The notes below the pieces were generated by a model that saw only the letters and a list, made by a program, of their open reading frames with translations, searched no databases and was not told the origin of the DNA. A stretch of DNA of 64,000 bases, taken from the NCBI GenBank assembly GCA_965213705.1, contig OZ243913.1, positions 4,160,001 to 4,224,000 of the forward strand, in the 5' to 3' direction. The stretch is from Trueperaceae bacterium. Lineage in GTDB: Bacteria > Deinococcota > Deinococci > Deinococcales > Trueperaceae. Shown here in pieces: positions 1-9,069 of the stretch (position 1 is the stretch's first letter; each line of letters opens with the position of its first letter). The position numbers and the translations under genes were made by a program.

Positions 1-480
1 GGCACAATCCTGCAATACGCTCTGAACCACCAATAAGTCCTGTTTGACCTTTGCAGGAATGATAACGCGGTCCCACGCTTCAGCGCCCTCTCGTCCTTGC
101 AAAACTTCGAAAAGGCTGGGCTGGGTGTTCTGGCCGTTGGCCGTAGTATTGACTGACCTACCCCGGTAACCTTCGGTGAAAGCGCCGACCACTGTCGTTA
201 AAAAGCGACGAACCAGCCAGATCACAACAAGAACCAGAAGTGCGCCCAGAGCAAGCCCGCCTCGCGCCGCGGGTTCAGCCCCGACGATGCCAATCATCAT
301 TACACCAATAAGCACCCACCATAAGAACTTACCCAAACGTTGTAGCAGCGGCCAAAGAAGCCCTAACACTACGCCAGTAGCCGGCCAAAGAACGACGCCT
401 GGAAGGTCGAAAAGCGCCCCGGTGAGGAGCTGATAGCCTAACGCGCTTAGAGCAAGCAACAAGCCTAAAGTGAGTCGCAT
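1..480 (-). CDS. Membrane-anchored protein, probably the N-terminus of an AAA-family ATPase (truncated by window edge)
   Basis: Hand-translated open frame from ATG at 480 (GAGG upstream): [28 protein letters not shown]..., several hydrophobic segments, then ...AEAWDRVIIPAKVKQDLLVVQSVL, which resembles the segment preceding Walker A in AAA ATPases. Walker A is not in the window. Confidence 0.55.
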   Translation of the reverse strand, partial: MRLTLGLLLALSALGYQLLTGALFDLPGVVLWPATGVVLGLLWPLLQRLGKFLWWVLIGVMMIGIVGAEPAARGGLALGALLVLVVIWLVRRFLTTVVGAFTEGYRGRSVNTTANGQNTQPSLFEVLQGREGAEAWDRVIIPAKVKQDLLVVQSVLQDCA

Positions 481-584
481 CTGCCTCGGCTTGAGCCTGC
501 GCCACCCATGTTGGATGAAGGTATCCACCTGACAAGTTTAGAGAACTGGGAGGTGAGCGTCTACCCACATCGAAACGTTATTTG

Positions 585-1161
585 TTGAACAAAATAGCTA
601 AACCACTACCATCTTGAAGATGGTAGGTTGCCAGCATCCAGACTGGAAGTCGGGGCTTACCCTAAAGAGATGTTCTCCTCGTCACGCTGCTTATGAGCGT
701 CATAGTGGTTGCTGATATAGGCGTCGATAACGTCGTCAGTTACGTTCCCACTTGTCGCGCTGAAGTAGCCCCGCGCCCAAAAGTGTCTGCCCCAATAGCG
801 CTTCTTGAGGTGCGGAAACTCTTGCTGAACTTTTCTCGAACTCCTTCTTTAGCCCGCTTCACAAACTCGCTTACCGCGACATGGGGCGGAATGGATACCA
901 GCAGGTGGATGTGGTCGCTCGATACAACTCCATTGACTATCTTGACGTTCATCTCCTCGGCTACTTGCGCGACAATAGTCCTTACCCGCTTCTGCAACTC
1001 ACCCCGCAGCACCCGGTAGCGGTACTTCGTTATCCACACCAGGTGATACTTGTGGTGATAGACCGTATGACTTCCCCGCGTGTAGCGTTCCATCTTCCAA
1101 CTTTAAACGCTGAAGCGTTTCCCATCTGGAAGATGGGGGCTTAACACCCCTTAGAGGACAG
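585..1161 (-). mobile_element. IS200/IS605-family element (tnpA only)
   Basis: Similar subterminal hairpins ctaccatcttgaagatggtag (606-626) and cccatctggaagatggg (1121-1137). On the minus strand it begins right after a TTAA (overlapping the stop of the upstream gene) and ends at TCAA (585-588). Contains an HUH transposase. Confidence 0.8.
657..1093 (-). pseudogene. tnpA: IS200-family Y1 transposase TnpA with a frameshift
   Basis: HTVYHHKYHLVWITKYR and DHIHLL motifs. After KRAK (~848) one base is missing; the shifted frame continues RSSRKVQQEFPHLKKRYWGRHFWARGYFSATSG...YI to a stop at 657. Confidence 0.85.
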
Positions 1162-1710
1162 TTAAACGGTCTTCCGATAAAGCTCTGTCGAGAGCATTCT
1201 AACCCTCCCGCAGCTACTCTGAGTTAGACCGGCAAGCGTGTGCGGTCGGTCCGTGTGGATTAGCAATACAGCGTTCTCGCGAATCAGGCGTTCGCGCAAT
1301 CGTTCAGATACCCGCCGCGCCGAGCGTGCCGACACGCGTTTCCAGCGGGCCAACAGATAGGCCGTTCGGCCGTCAGGACTTCGTAGCTTAATAACGTGCC
1401 GGGTATTCGACGTCCCACCGAGATAAGTCCAGCCCTTCGCTCGTAGGGCAGCCAAACAGCGACGCCGTAAATACTGGTCGGCCATTACCTCGGGTGGGCT
1501 CAGGTAGTTAGGACTAAGGCCGAAGGTCTGCCGCCCAGCGGGGCCGAGCGTGATGAGTGACCCGGCAGGCGTAGCTTTGACGAGCGTGAGATACCGTTCT
1601 TCCAACATGCTCGACAAGCGCTCTTTGCCGAGTTTAGCCTCGAGAAAGAAAGCAGCTTCAGCCCCGTGCTCACGCACATCGGTGAGGACGACCAAAACTT
1701 GACTATCCAC
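1162..1710 (-). CDS. Hypothetical protein, weak resemblance to replication-relaxation/wHTH-nuclease family
   Basis: C-terminal part of the 1162..1821 ORF. A GTG start overlaps the upstream stop. Contains ITLGPAGR and DQYLRRRC segments and is basic. Confidence 0.5.
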   Translation of the reverse strand: MDSQVLVVLTDVREHGAEAAFFLEAKLGKERLSSMLEERYLTLVKATPAGSLITLGPAGRQTFGLSPNYLSPPEVMADQYLRRRCLAALRAKGWTYLGGTSNTRHVIKLRSPDGRTAYLLARWKRVSARSARRVSERLRERLIRENAVLLIHTDRPHTLAGLTQSSCGRVRMLSTELYRKTV

Positions 1711-3034
1711 CACCAGAGGGCTCTCCGTAAGTGGGTGGCAGCGGCACGCCTGCTGGACAGGGTGTTGCCGGGGGCGGTCCGAGCCTGGCAGTTTCGTAAC
1801 CGGGCGGCGGCCACGGCACACCTTCCGGTAAGCACGGGACAGGGGCAGGAAAGGTGCTGAAGTCGGGAATGGTTTGGGGTGGGAGACTCGGCGGTGTTCG
1901 GGGTAGGGCTATATCGAAGTCCGGGAGCGCCCGAAGGGGGGAGCCGACAAGCCTCGGTACGGCGTAACCTTCGGGAACGCTAACCTCTCCGTAAAAAGCT
2001 CTCGGCACCTGTGGAACGAAGGTAGGTAAGGGGATAAAGGGAACAATAGCGATGAAAGGTGGCGTGGGGATGAGGCACACCGAACCGACAATCGACGGGG
2101 TGTACAGGAGACCTTGCCACTTCCCGAACCAGGTGTCTTCTAAGTCGCCCCACACCTCGAAGAAGCTACCGAAGCCGAACTGCGACTGCTCAAGCGGTGT
2201 GGCAGGCTCGAGCCCCTCTTCGCGTTCTTGTGAGTTTGGTAACACATTACCGCCTTTAGAAAGCTCTTTCGCTTCTAAGCCTGGATAAAGAGGCAAGGGC
2301 AATTCGTCAGGCGTGTAGGGTAGAAGTGTGCCTGGCGCAAAGGGCTGAGCGTGATAGACAGGGTCACGGGGTTCCTCGAACAGCTTACTTATCTGACCCG
2401 GCTTGGGCTCGAGCGAGGTGAAGGCTGTCAGGACGGCACCTTGCTGTAAGGGAAAAGGGCCTTCCCACCACAGCGACAGCGGCACATGCGTAAAAAGCGC
2501 CGTGACAACATTCTGCCAGTATTGGGGCTGGTCTTCAGCGTAGGCTTCTAAGACAGCCTCGAGCTGCCGCCGAAACACCTCCGGCCAATCGACGTGTGAG
2601 CCGCAGGGTAGCAGTGGGTTCCAGGGTGGCGGAAAGGCGTTGACCTTGTCCTGTACCTTTGTGATGAGAGCGTCAAAGAAGATTTGCCACGCTTTGTCAA
2701 CAGCCTTCTTAGCCTCATTCACATCCGTGTCGCGGTGCAGAGGTAACCGGTAGATGCCGGCCTGACCCGCACGTTCGCAGTCGGCAAGCCCCTCGTTCAA
2801 ACAGCGCTTATACACTTCGATATCAACCAGCTCAACATGGGAGATGTACGGACCCAACTCATTGTCGAGATAGCTGAAAAGCACGGCTGGTTCGTCGGTC
2901 GCCAAGGTCGTCTCCCGCTCATCTGTCATGACGGGGCGCTCGCTCGTGTCTTGGGCCAGCACGGTGGCAAGCCCGTTCAAACCGGCGAGTGCTGCACAAA
3001 AACTAAGGACGAAAACTGCGGACAAAGCCTTCAT
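1703..3034 (-). CDS. Secreted Cys/Pro-rich hypothetical protein (possibly a mating-pair/TraU-like component)
   Basis: 443-aa ORF with a signal peptide (MKALSAVFVLSFCAALAG...A), scattered Cys and a Pro-rich C-terminus. Overlaps both neighbours as in an operon. Confidence 0.6.
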   Translation of the reverse strand: MKALSAVFVLSFCAALAGLNGLATVLAQDTSERPVMTDERETTLATDEPAVLFSYLDNELGPYISHVELVDIEVYKRCLNEGLADCERAGQAGIYRLPLHRDTDVNEAKKAVDKAWQIFFDALITKVQDKVNAFPPPWNPLLPCGSHVDWPEVFRRQLEAVLEAYAEDQPQYWQNVVTALFTHVPLSLWWEGPFPLQQGAVLTAFTSLEPKPGQISKLFEEPRDPVYHAQPFAPGTLLPYTPDELPLPLYPGLEAKELSKGGNVLPNSQEREEGLEPATPLEQSQFGFGSFFEVWGDLEDTWFGKWQGLLYTPSIVGSVCLIPTPPFIAIVPFIPLPTFVPQVPRAFYGEVSVPEGYAVPRLVGSPLRALPDFDIALPRTPPSLPPQTIPDFSTFPAPVPCLPEGVPWPPPGYETARLGPPPATPCPAGVPLPPTYGEPSGGG

Positions 3035-3932
3035 AAAAGGTCTTTCTCAAGGTGTAGCTCGAGCCCGGTCCGATGTGGACCAAGGGCCAGTTTAGAGTGA
3101 CGGGTGCGTCGGGTGCCTCGGTGACAAGGAGGGTGCCGAATTCGACACCGCCCGGTGCCACGCGGTTGGTAAGCCCCTCGGCGGACACGCGTGAAAGGGT
3201 GAAGGGTAGTTTCTGCGGTCCGGCTATCGGGTCGTCCGCGTCGAGAGTTAAGCGGGTGACGTCGGCAGCCACAGGATAAGGGCTTTGGTTCGAGAGCGCG
3301 TAATGAATCGCCAGCGCGCCGTTGGGCGCATAGGTCGCTTCGGCATAAAAGTCGAGCCAGGCGGGCAAAGGACGTGGCGTTTCCGCTCCCTCCTCGAGAA
3401 TACTGCCCACATTTTCATCTCCTTTTCCGAACACCTCGTCGAGCAACTGCTGCGCTTGGCTTAGCGAGCTTGAACTCGAGCTGCTGACATGTGGAGGGGG
3501 CGTCTTCACCCGACCAATCACGTAGCGTTGCGGCGCGTCGAGCGTATCGTCGATGATGACGTTGAAAAGGACGGTGCGCCCGCCTGTAACGACCATCAGG
3601 TCGGTTCGCCCCGACGCCTGGTTAGCGCGCATCGACAGGCGGTTGCCACTCGTCTCGATGGTGAACCAGTCGCCCCTGGCCGAGGTGGCGTCTTCGATAG
3701 GGTCGTCGAACTCGAGGTGGGTCTGCACGCGGGTGCCCACTCGTAGCTCTCCTGGGCGACTGGCGAGCGTTTCGATGTCGTAGGTAGTGAGCACATAGGG
3801 CGCGTTGACAAGCGTTTGGGCTCGAGCTGTAGCAACCAGCAAGACAACAACAGAGACAAAAGCCAGGGCATGCCAAGAAAGCATCCTATAGGTTGACGCT
3901 GATACTTGTTTAGGTACAATATGTGGTGTCAT
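3003..3932 (-). CDS. Exported beta-rich protein, VirB9/TraK-like architecture
   Basis: 309-aa ORF: signal peptide, beta-strand N-domain (QTHLEFDDPIE...GNRLSMRA...GRTDLMVVTGGRTVLFNVII), Ser-rich linker, second beta domain. The family call is inference. Confidence 0.55.
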   Translation of the reverse strand: MTPHIVPKQVSASTYRMLSWHALAFVSVVVLLVATARAQTLVNAPYVLTTYDIETLASRPGELRVGTRVQTHLEFDDPIEDATSARGDWFTIETSGNRLSMRANQASGRTDLMVVTGGRTVLFNVIIDDTLDAPQRYVIGRVKTPPPHVSSSSSSSLSQAQQLLDEVFGKGDENVGSILEEGAETPRPLPAWLDFYAEATYAPNGALAIHYALSNQSPYPVAADVTRLTLDADDPIAGPQKLPFTLSRVSAEGLTNRVAPGGVEFGTLLVTEAPDAPVTLNWPLVHIGPGSSYTLRKTFYEGFVRSFRP

Positions 3933-3938
3933 GGAACA

Positions 3939-3968
3939 AACTTACAGAAACCCAAGTGTACCTGTCAA
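3939..3968 (-). promoter_or_regulatory. Sigma70-type leaderless promoter of the leftward operon
   Basis: TTGACA (3968-3963), 18 nt, TAAGTT (3944-3939), 6 nt, ATG at 3932. Confidence 0.6.
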
Positions 3969-4004
3969 CGGACTTAAAGCCCCGCGCCTGACGAGGCGGC
4001 GCTG

Positions 4005-4232
4005 ATGTTGCGCTGGCGCATTCGGCAGTATTTGACGGCGCACAGTTTGAGCGCCTACGACCTCGACCGAGCCCTCGGGCGCAAACTGTCCCCCCGCACG
4101 GTTTATGCGCTGGCCCGAAACGAGCACAAGCAGATTCGGCTGGAGACGCTGGATAAGCTGATGACTGCGCTCGAGGAACTCACGGGTAAACCAGTTTCGC
4201 TCAAGGATTTGCTCGAGTACCAGCGTAAATAG
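4005..4232 (+). CDS. Xre/Cro-family HTH regulator
   Basis: 75 aa; LSAYDLDRAL...LSPRTVYALAR...IRLETLDKLMTAL...LKDLLEY is typical of HTH_26/Xre proteins. Confidence 0.8.
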   Translation: MLRWRIRQYLTAHSLSAYDLDRALGRKLSPRTVYALARNEHKQIRLETLDKLMTALEELTGKPVSLKDLLEYQRK

Positions 4233-4246
4233 AGCTGTTGGTGAAA

Positions 4247-4819
4247 CTAAGGCAGCGTCGCGTCTATAAAGCCGGTGTCGTCAAAAACCCGGAGTGTACT
4301 GCCAGGTTGGAGGCTGCGCGGGTAGATGACCAGATTGCTTGCTTTGGGATTTTTAGATGAGGGAACCCTCAGCGCCTCGATACCCGCTTCGACGGCAGCC
4401 GCTCCTAAACTCTGAGTGGGTGCCACACCGCGTTGGGCCTCGAGCGGCAAATACGGTGCCGTAAGTTCCGTAAGGTCGGTCTCGAGTGCCACCTGATTCT
4501 GATGCTGAGTAAGGTCGAGAGTGACTTGTAAGCGGTACTCGACGCTCAGAAGCGTTTTGGGACTCGACTTTGCCGAGAATAGACCAGCATTCGTAAACTT
4601 AATCGCTTCAACTTCTTGCAGCGCCGTGAGTGGGTCTTCGGCTAAATAGAGCGCTTCCAGCTCGCCCCGAGGATTATAGCGGCCCCCCTGCTTTAAAGCA
4701 CCGATACTGGAGAGAGCCGTCAAATAGTATTGCGCAGGAATTATTCTGTAGGCGGTGCCTGTGAGGTGTTGAGTGGGTAGGCTGGCGAGTGCTCGAAGCA
4801 ACGACTCACCGTTAAGCAT
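4247..4819 (-). CDS. RES-domain toxin (NAD+-targeting family)
   Basis: Conserved R/E/S pattern: AYRII, GGRYN, LYLAE, LRVPSS, NLVIY. Coupled to the upstream antitoxin. Confidence 0.85.
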   Translation of the reverse strand: MLNGESLLRALASLPTQHLTGTAYRIIPAQYYLTALSSIGALKQGGRYNPRGELEALYLAEDPLTALQEVEAIKFTNAGLFSAKSSPKTLLSVEYRLQVTLDLTQHQNQVALETDLTELTAPYLPLEAQRGVAPTQSLGAAAVEAGIEALRVPSSKNPKASNLVIYPRSLQPGSTLRVFDDTGFIDATLP

Positions 4820-5187
4820 CAGAGCGGTTGCCCAGTCTCCATCGCGTAGACAAGCGTTTCGACTTGAGCTGTGTATCCTTGCTCCAAAAACGCGAGCGGC
4901 GTCGCGCCGCCAAGGTCGGGGTGCGGCGCTTTGAGCCAGATAAGGGCGTAGTCGAGCCGACCGTCCATAAGGCTTTTAAGACGTTGCACCAGGTCGGTGA
5001 GCCTGGCAAGCTTCGGCTGCAACCGCTCGGCATCGGGATTTTTGCGCAGTCCGCTGGAACTGTAGCCAAGGATATGTGCCATCTGCTTCGTGTTCACGTT
5101 CAAGGTCTGAGCCAGCCGCAGCGCATCGAGGCGACCGCTATTAGGGTTGTGGGCGCTTATGAGGGTGTGCTCGAGCAGATCGACCAT
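4819..5187 (-). CDS. Xre/MbcA/ParS-type antitoxin
   Basis: HTH followed by the C-terminal WLKAPHPDLGGATPLAFL motif. Its stop overlaps the RES start. Confidence 0.85.
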   Translation of the reverse strand: MVDLLEHTLISAHNPNSGRLDALRLAQTLNVNTKQMAHILGYSSSGLRKNPDAERLQPKLARLTDLVQRLKSLMDGRLDYALIWLKAPHPDLGGATPLAFLEQGYTAQVETLVYAMETGQPL

Positions 5188-5193
5188 AGCATC

Positions 5194-5222
5194 AGTATAG
5201 GCGTGTTGCGTTTTTGGGTCAA
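5194..5222 (-). promoter_or_regulatory. Leaderless promoter of the TA operon
   Basis: TTGACC, 17 nt, TATACT, 6 nt, ATG at 5187. Confidence 0.75.
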
Positions 5223-5517
5223 TAACGTCTTCAATCTGTCGTGTTTTTCTACTCCCCTTTATTTGCTGGGTGATTTGGTTTTGACACCTTGCTCAGTCTT
5301 CACTGGCAGTTCAGGGCACATAACTGACAGTTAGCTTGCGGTCTCATTCTGCCTGCGACAAAGCCTTGCACATCTTGCAGATTTTCATAAAAACTTAGTG
5401 GAGGGAAAAGAAGGATGAATTTTAGCGTTATCAGAAGATTGGGCGACCCGTCTGCCAGATGTGCCAGCACTCCGTTCCCCACACCTTTTAAGCGTCAGTC
5501 GAACTGCCAGGTTTTCG

Positions 5518-7110
5518 TCAGTTCTGCAAGGCGGAAGGCGAAAAGTCCACAGCTATCCCTAGCCAAGTGCTGCCTTTCTCCTTGCGCACCTTTTGCGCCG
5601 GCCATTCCAGCACCCGCACCGCCTCCTCGAGTCTTTTCGAGAAGCCGATAATGGAGCCGACTCGGTGACCGCTGCCGCCCCGCCTTTGCCAGCGGGTCTT
5701 TTCTTGTCCGTAGAGGTTATGTTTACCGGTAGCAGTCTCTACATCCTCTCCCTCGCACCAAATCCGCCAGGCTTCGAATAATTCCATTGAGCGCGCCTCG
5801 CCTGTTTTGTCGACTCGACAACGCTCCTGCAGAAAGAGGAGAACGGGGTTGCTGTTGGAGAGAAACTCGAGCCGCTGCGTTTCATCGCCGTACGAGCTGA
5901 AGCGGTAGTTGTTGGCTTGTAACATCGCCCAGCCGGTCAAGGCCCAAAGCAGGATGCCGGAGAGTTCTTCAGGGGTGGTGAGGTCTTTTAACAAGGTTGG
6001 GTTGACCTCAGCCTCTTTCGGCCTCACCTCGAAGGGCAAGAGGATGAGTCGCCGGTCGATAGAGTTGTTGGCGCTGTCGCCGCCGGTATGGATGAAGTCG
6101 TTGGCGCTGATGACGAGCTTGGCCTCGAGTCGAATGTCGAAGGGGCGCTTGTACTTTGGGTTGACCAGCACCCGGTCTTCACCGACGACCTTCTTGAAGC
6201 CGATGAGGTTGGCTCGAGCTGGAACCTCGGAGATGTAAATGAGGCGTTTTCCCACAGCGTTCACAAGCGAGGGTGAGCCGTCGTTGAGTTCTTCGATGTC
6301 CAAGTTAGTGCTGAGGCCGTGTTCACCCCCCGACAACAGGTGCTGCATCACCGAAAGAAGCGTACCCTTGCCGGTACCGCCCGGTCCTTTCAAATAGAGC
6401 GCTCGCTGTAAAAAAGTATGGGGTGTGAGCGCGTAACCCATGAACTCTTGCAGGGTCTGTCGGTGTGTTTCGTTGGGAACAGTCCTCTCCAAAAACGCCT
6501 GGAAGTGGGGTGCTGTCGCATCTAGCTCGAAAGCGGTAGGAGCCTGTGCAAACGTCACGACCTCCGGCGTGTGAGGTTTTAGCTCGAGCGTTTCCAAATC
6601 CACGAGTCCGTTACGAACGTTCAACAAGGGGAGTGAAGACGGCGGCTGTTCTAAGAAGATGCCCTCGGCGCGGCTGAGTTTGGCGAGCACGTCGTGGAGG
6701 GTGCGTTCGCTCGGGGTGTAGCTCTTATTTTCTAACAGAGTAGCGATGCGTTTGAGCATCGCCTCGCCCAGCGTCTTCTTATAGACACCGCTTTCGTAAA
6801 CAAACCACTCCTGCCACGCTGCCACGTAGCGTAGGTGTAAATCCTTCTCCACCCAATAAGCAAGAACGATGTCGCGCAGGCGGGTGGCGTCGGCCGAACG
6901 CTCAGTCGTGAGGCAGCGCCTCGCTTCGGCTACGCTGATTGAGGTGCGCTTTTTAAGTCGCTGGAGAACGAGGTTCTGCTCGAGCGCTGACAGCGTAGTA
7001 AGTTGACTAAAGAAGCTTGAGGCGGCGAGCTGCTCGAGTGCCTGCTCAGGGTCGGCGGGTAAGGCGTCGACTTGCGCTTTGAGGTGCTCGCGCGAGCACA
7101 GCTCCAGCAT
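5518..7110 (-). CDS. Phage/plasmid P4-family (D5-like) SF3 helicase
   Basis: D5_N region (LLNVRNGLVDLETLELKPHTPE), Walker A GPGGTGKGT, and the KLVISAN and RRLILLPF motifs. The ATG overlaps the Prim-Pol stop (TAATG at 7108-7112). Confidence 0.9.
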   Translation of the reverse strand: MLELCSREHLKAQVDALPADPEQALEQLAASSFFSQLTTLSALEQNLVLQRLKKRTSISVAEARRCLTTERSADATRLRDIVLAYWVEKDLHLRYVAAWQEWFVYESGVYKKTLGEAMLKRIATLLENKSYTPSERTLHDVLAKLSRAEGIFLEQPPSSLPLLNVRNGLVDLETLELKPHTPEVVTFAQAPTAFELDATAPHFQAFLERTVPNETHRQTLQEFMGYALTPHTFLQRALYLKGPGGTGKGTLLSVMQHLLSGGEHGLSTNLDIEELNDGSPSLVNAVGKRLIYISEVPARANLIGFKKVVGEDRVLVNPKYKRPFDIRLEAKLVISANDFIHTGGDSANNSIDRRLILLPFEVRPKEAEVNPTLLKDLTTPEELSGILLWALTGWAMLQANNYRFSSYGDETQRLEFLSNSNPVLLFLQERCRVDKTGEARSMELFEAWRIWCEGEDVETATGKHNLYGQEKTRWQRRGGSGHRVGSIIGFSKRLEEAVRVLEWPAQKVRKEKGSTWLGIAVDFSPSALQN

Positions 7111-7967
7111 TAAGACTCGCGTTCGAGAAGGGCTGTCGGCATCGGACGTGGTGCCAAGCAACCCGCGTTCAGGCCGCTTTGAATGGTGCGTGCGGCTTCA
7201 CGGTCTGGAAGACCACAGGTCTGAGCAGCGGCCATCAGTACCGATTCGATTTCGTCAACTGTTAAAAGTTCAAGTGCCGCGTAGCCGCCGAGGGCGTAGG
7301 CCGCACGGTTGAGCCGGTCATTGCGAGCGCCTTCGGCCGTAGCAGCAACGAGGTCGTGCTCCGACCGAAGGGCTGCTAGCGCGTAGCGTCGGGCGTGATC
7401 TCCTGCTTTATCAGGAAAAGCTGTCTCAACCTTGATGGGCGGCGGGGGTGAAATGGCTTTCAGTAGAGTTTCGCTAATAGCGGGCAAGTGCAACGGACGC
7501 ACCAGCTCAAGTTCCCAATAGTAAGCGCTGTTCGCCACTGAGCTTGGCGGAACCACCAAGTAGGCGCGTCCAAGACCACGCAAGTCCACCGCTCCACCCG
7601 CAGCCTTGACGCGCGTCTTTAGAGGTTCACCTTCCGCTCCTACATTGAGCTTGATCCACAGATGGATACCACCGCGTGGAGTGCGGGCTCTCGGTGCCCC
7701 ATGCAGTTCTGGGTAGGTGTCAAACCAGTTCTTAGCTACAATGCCATCATCAAAATCCAACACCAGTACGTCTTCCGGCGGAAGCACTGCGAGATTTGCC
7801 TGCGGCCACTGTCTCCACCAGGCTTCGATAAGTCCGATATCGGCGCTGGCAGCGCGAAGCCCCTGTTTGATGAGCGGATACTTGCCGTCAGGCGCGCAGG
7901 GCAACACGGGGTATCCCAAGCCGGTGTAGCCGAGGGCTGCCTGTAGAGTTGGTGCGAACCGAGTCAC
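7110..7967 (-). CDS. Bifunctional DNA primase/polymerase (Prim-Pol)
   Basis: Motifs GYPVLPC..DGKYP, WW..WPQANLA, VLDFD, RTPRGGIHLW, VDLRG..YLVVPPS, and a C-terminal GARNDRLN helical domain. Confidence 0.9.
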   Translation of the reverse strand: MTRFAPTLQAALGYTGLGYPVLPCAPDGKYPLIKQGLRAASADIGLIEAWWRQWPQANLAVLPPEDVLVLDFDDGIVAKNWFDTYPELHGAPRARTPRGGIHLWIKLNVGAEGEPLKTRVKAAGGAVDLRGLGRAYLVVPPSSVANSAYYWELELVRPLHLPAISETLLKAISPPPPIKVETAFPDKAGDHARRYALAALRSEHDLVAATAEGARNDRLNRAAYALGGYAALELLTVDEIESVLMAAAQTCGLPDREAARTIQSGLNAGCLAPRPMPTALLERES

Positions 7968-8611
7968 AAACACCTGCCAGAGATGCCCAAAGTCGGTTGA
8001 GCATCCTGTGACCCGGAACCTGAACGCATTGATGCAGCTGCCCAAGCTTGGAGGGAAGTCTCGAGCGCGCAAGAAACCCGTCGCCGGTCGCGGGTGCGCC
8101 GATAAAGCCTTATTTCATGTCCATGACGTTTCAGCCAAGCTGTGGCAGCAGCACGGGTGACGCCGCGCCTTTTAGCATAGGCGCCAATCTCGAGCCAACC
8201 CGGAAGCGGGGTGTCGCCAAGGTGCAAGCGCAGATGATTCAGGTCCTCGGGGCAATAGTAGTGGATGTTTCCAGCGCGGGCAGTTCGTACCTCACCCCGC
8301 TCGACAGCCCGGTAGATGAGGGAAGGATGGCAGCCTGCAAGATCGGCTGCACTTTCAATACCGACCCAGTCGCGCGGGCGACTCGCAACGCGTTCGACCC
8401 CTGAGGCTTCGGTAGCTTCTCGGTAACGCTCTAAGATGTCGACATTGACATAACGGAACCTGCCGACGTGTGGGCAGCGCCGCAGTAAGCCATGCCGCTT
8501 AAGCCAATCGTGCAGCGACTGCCGACAAATACCTAAAAGGTCGGCCGCCTCGCTCAGGGTGAAGCGGTCACCCTCGACAGGCCCCTCTCTACACTCCTTC
8601 TGCTGCGTCAT
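7964..8611 (-). CDS. Protein with three tandem Xis/MerR-type HTH repeats
   Basis: Repeats FTLSEAADLLGICRQSLHDW, VGIESAADLAGCHPSLIYRA and LEIGAYAKRRGVTRAAATAW. AGGAGG RBS before the ATG at 8611. Confidence 0.7.
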   Translation of the reverse strand: MTQQKECREGPVEGDRFTLSEAADLLGICRQSLHDWLKRHGLLRRCPHVGRFRYVNVDILERYREATEASGVERVASRPRDWVGIESAADLAGCHPSLIYRAVERGEVRTARAGNIHYYCPEDLNHLRLHLGDTPLPGWLEIGAYAKRRGVTRAAATAWLKRHGHEIRLYRRTRDRRRVSCALETSLQAWAAASMRSGSGSQDAQPTLGISGRCL

Positions 8612-8870
8612 TGCTGTGAGCCTCCTTAACACCCAGTTCGCTAAAGTCTTTTTGGTTTCCCTTGTCGAGTCGTACAAGCGGGTTTATGACCTCCTTTGTT
8701 CGCGGTGGGTTTGGATTTGTTGACAAGGAAGAACCCTCAAGCCTGTCGAGAACGTTATTGATACTGACCAACGCTTCACCGATGAGCTGCCGTTGCCCTT
8801 CGGTCTGAATCACCTCGGCACTTTTAATCAGCGCCGCGCGACGCCTATGAAGTTCGTCAATGCCGACCAT
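8589..8870 (-). CDS. Hypothetical protein
   Basis: 93-aa ORF co-oriented within the cro-xis-prim operon. Confidence 0.45.
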   Translation of the reverse strand: MVGIDELHRRRAALIKSAEVIQTEGQRQLIGEALVSINNVLDRLEGSSLSTNPNPPRTKEVINPLVRLDKGNQKDFSELGVKEAHSNDAAEGV

Positions 8871-9069
8871 CAGACAATCCTTGTCATAGAGAAAGTACCT
8901 GCACGCTTTGCGTGCTCATTGGTGCTCCAGCTTGTGAGCACTTCAAGTGCCAGGCAAGGGTGAAACGGATAACACTCACGGTGTAGTTTTGACAGGGATG
9001 GGTGGGCTCGAGGTGCAACCCTACAGGCTCAGGCAGTATGTTTGGCATCGACCTACCCGTCATGTCTGC

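Noticed and set aside
329..568. 79-aa ORF from the track
   Set aside because: Overlaps the more plausible hydrophobic frame starting at 480 that runs off the window.
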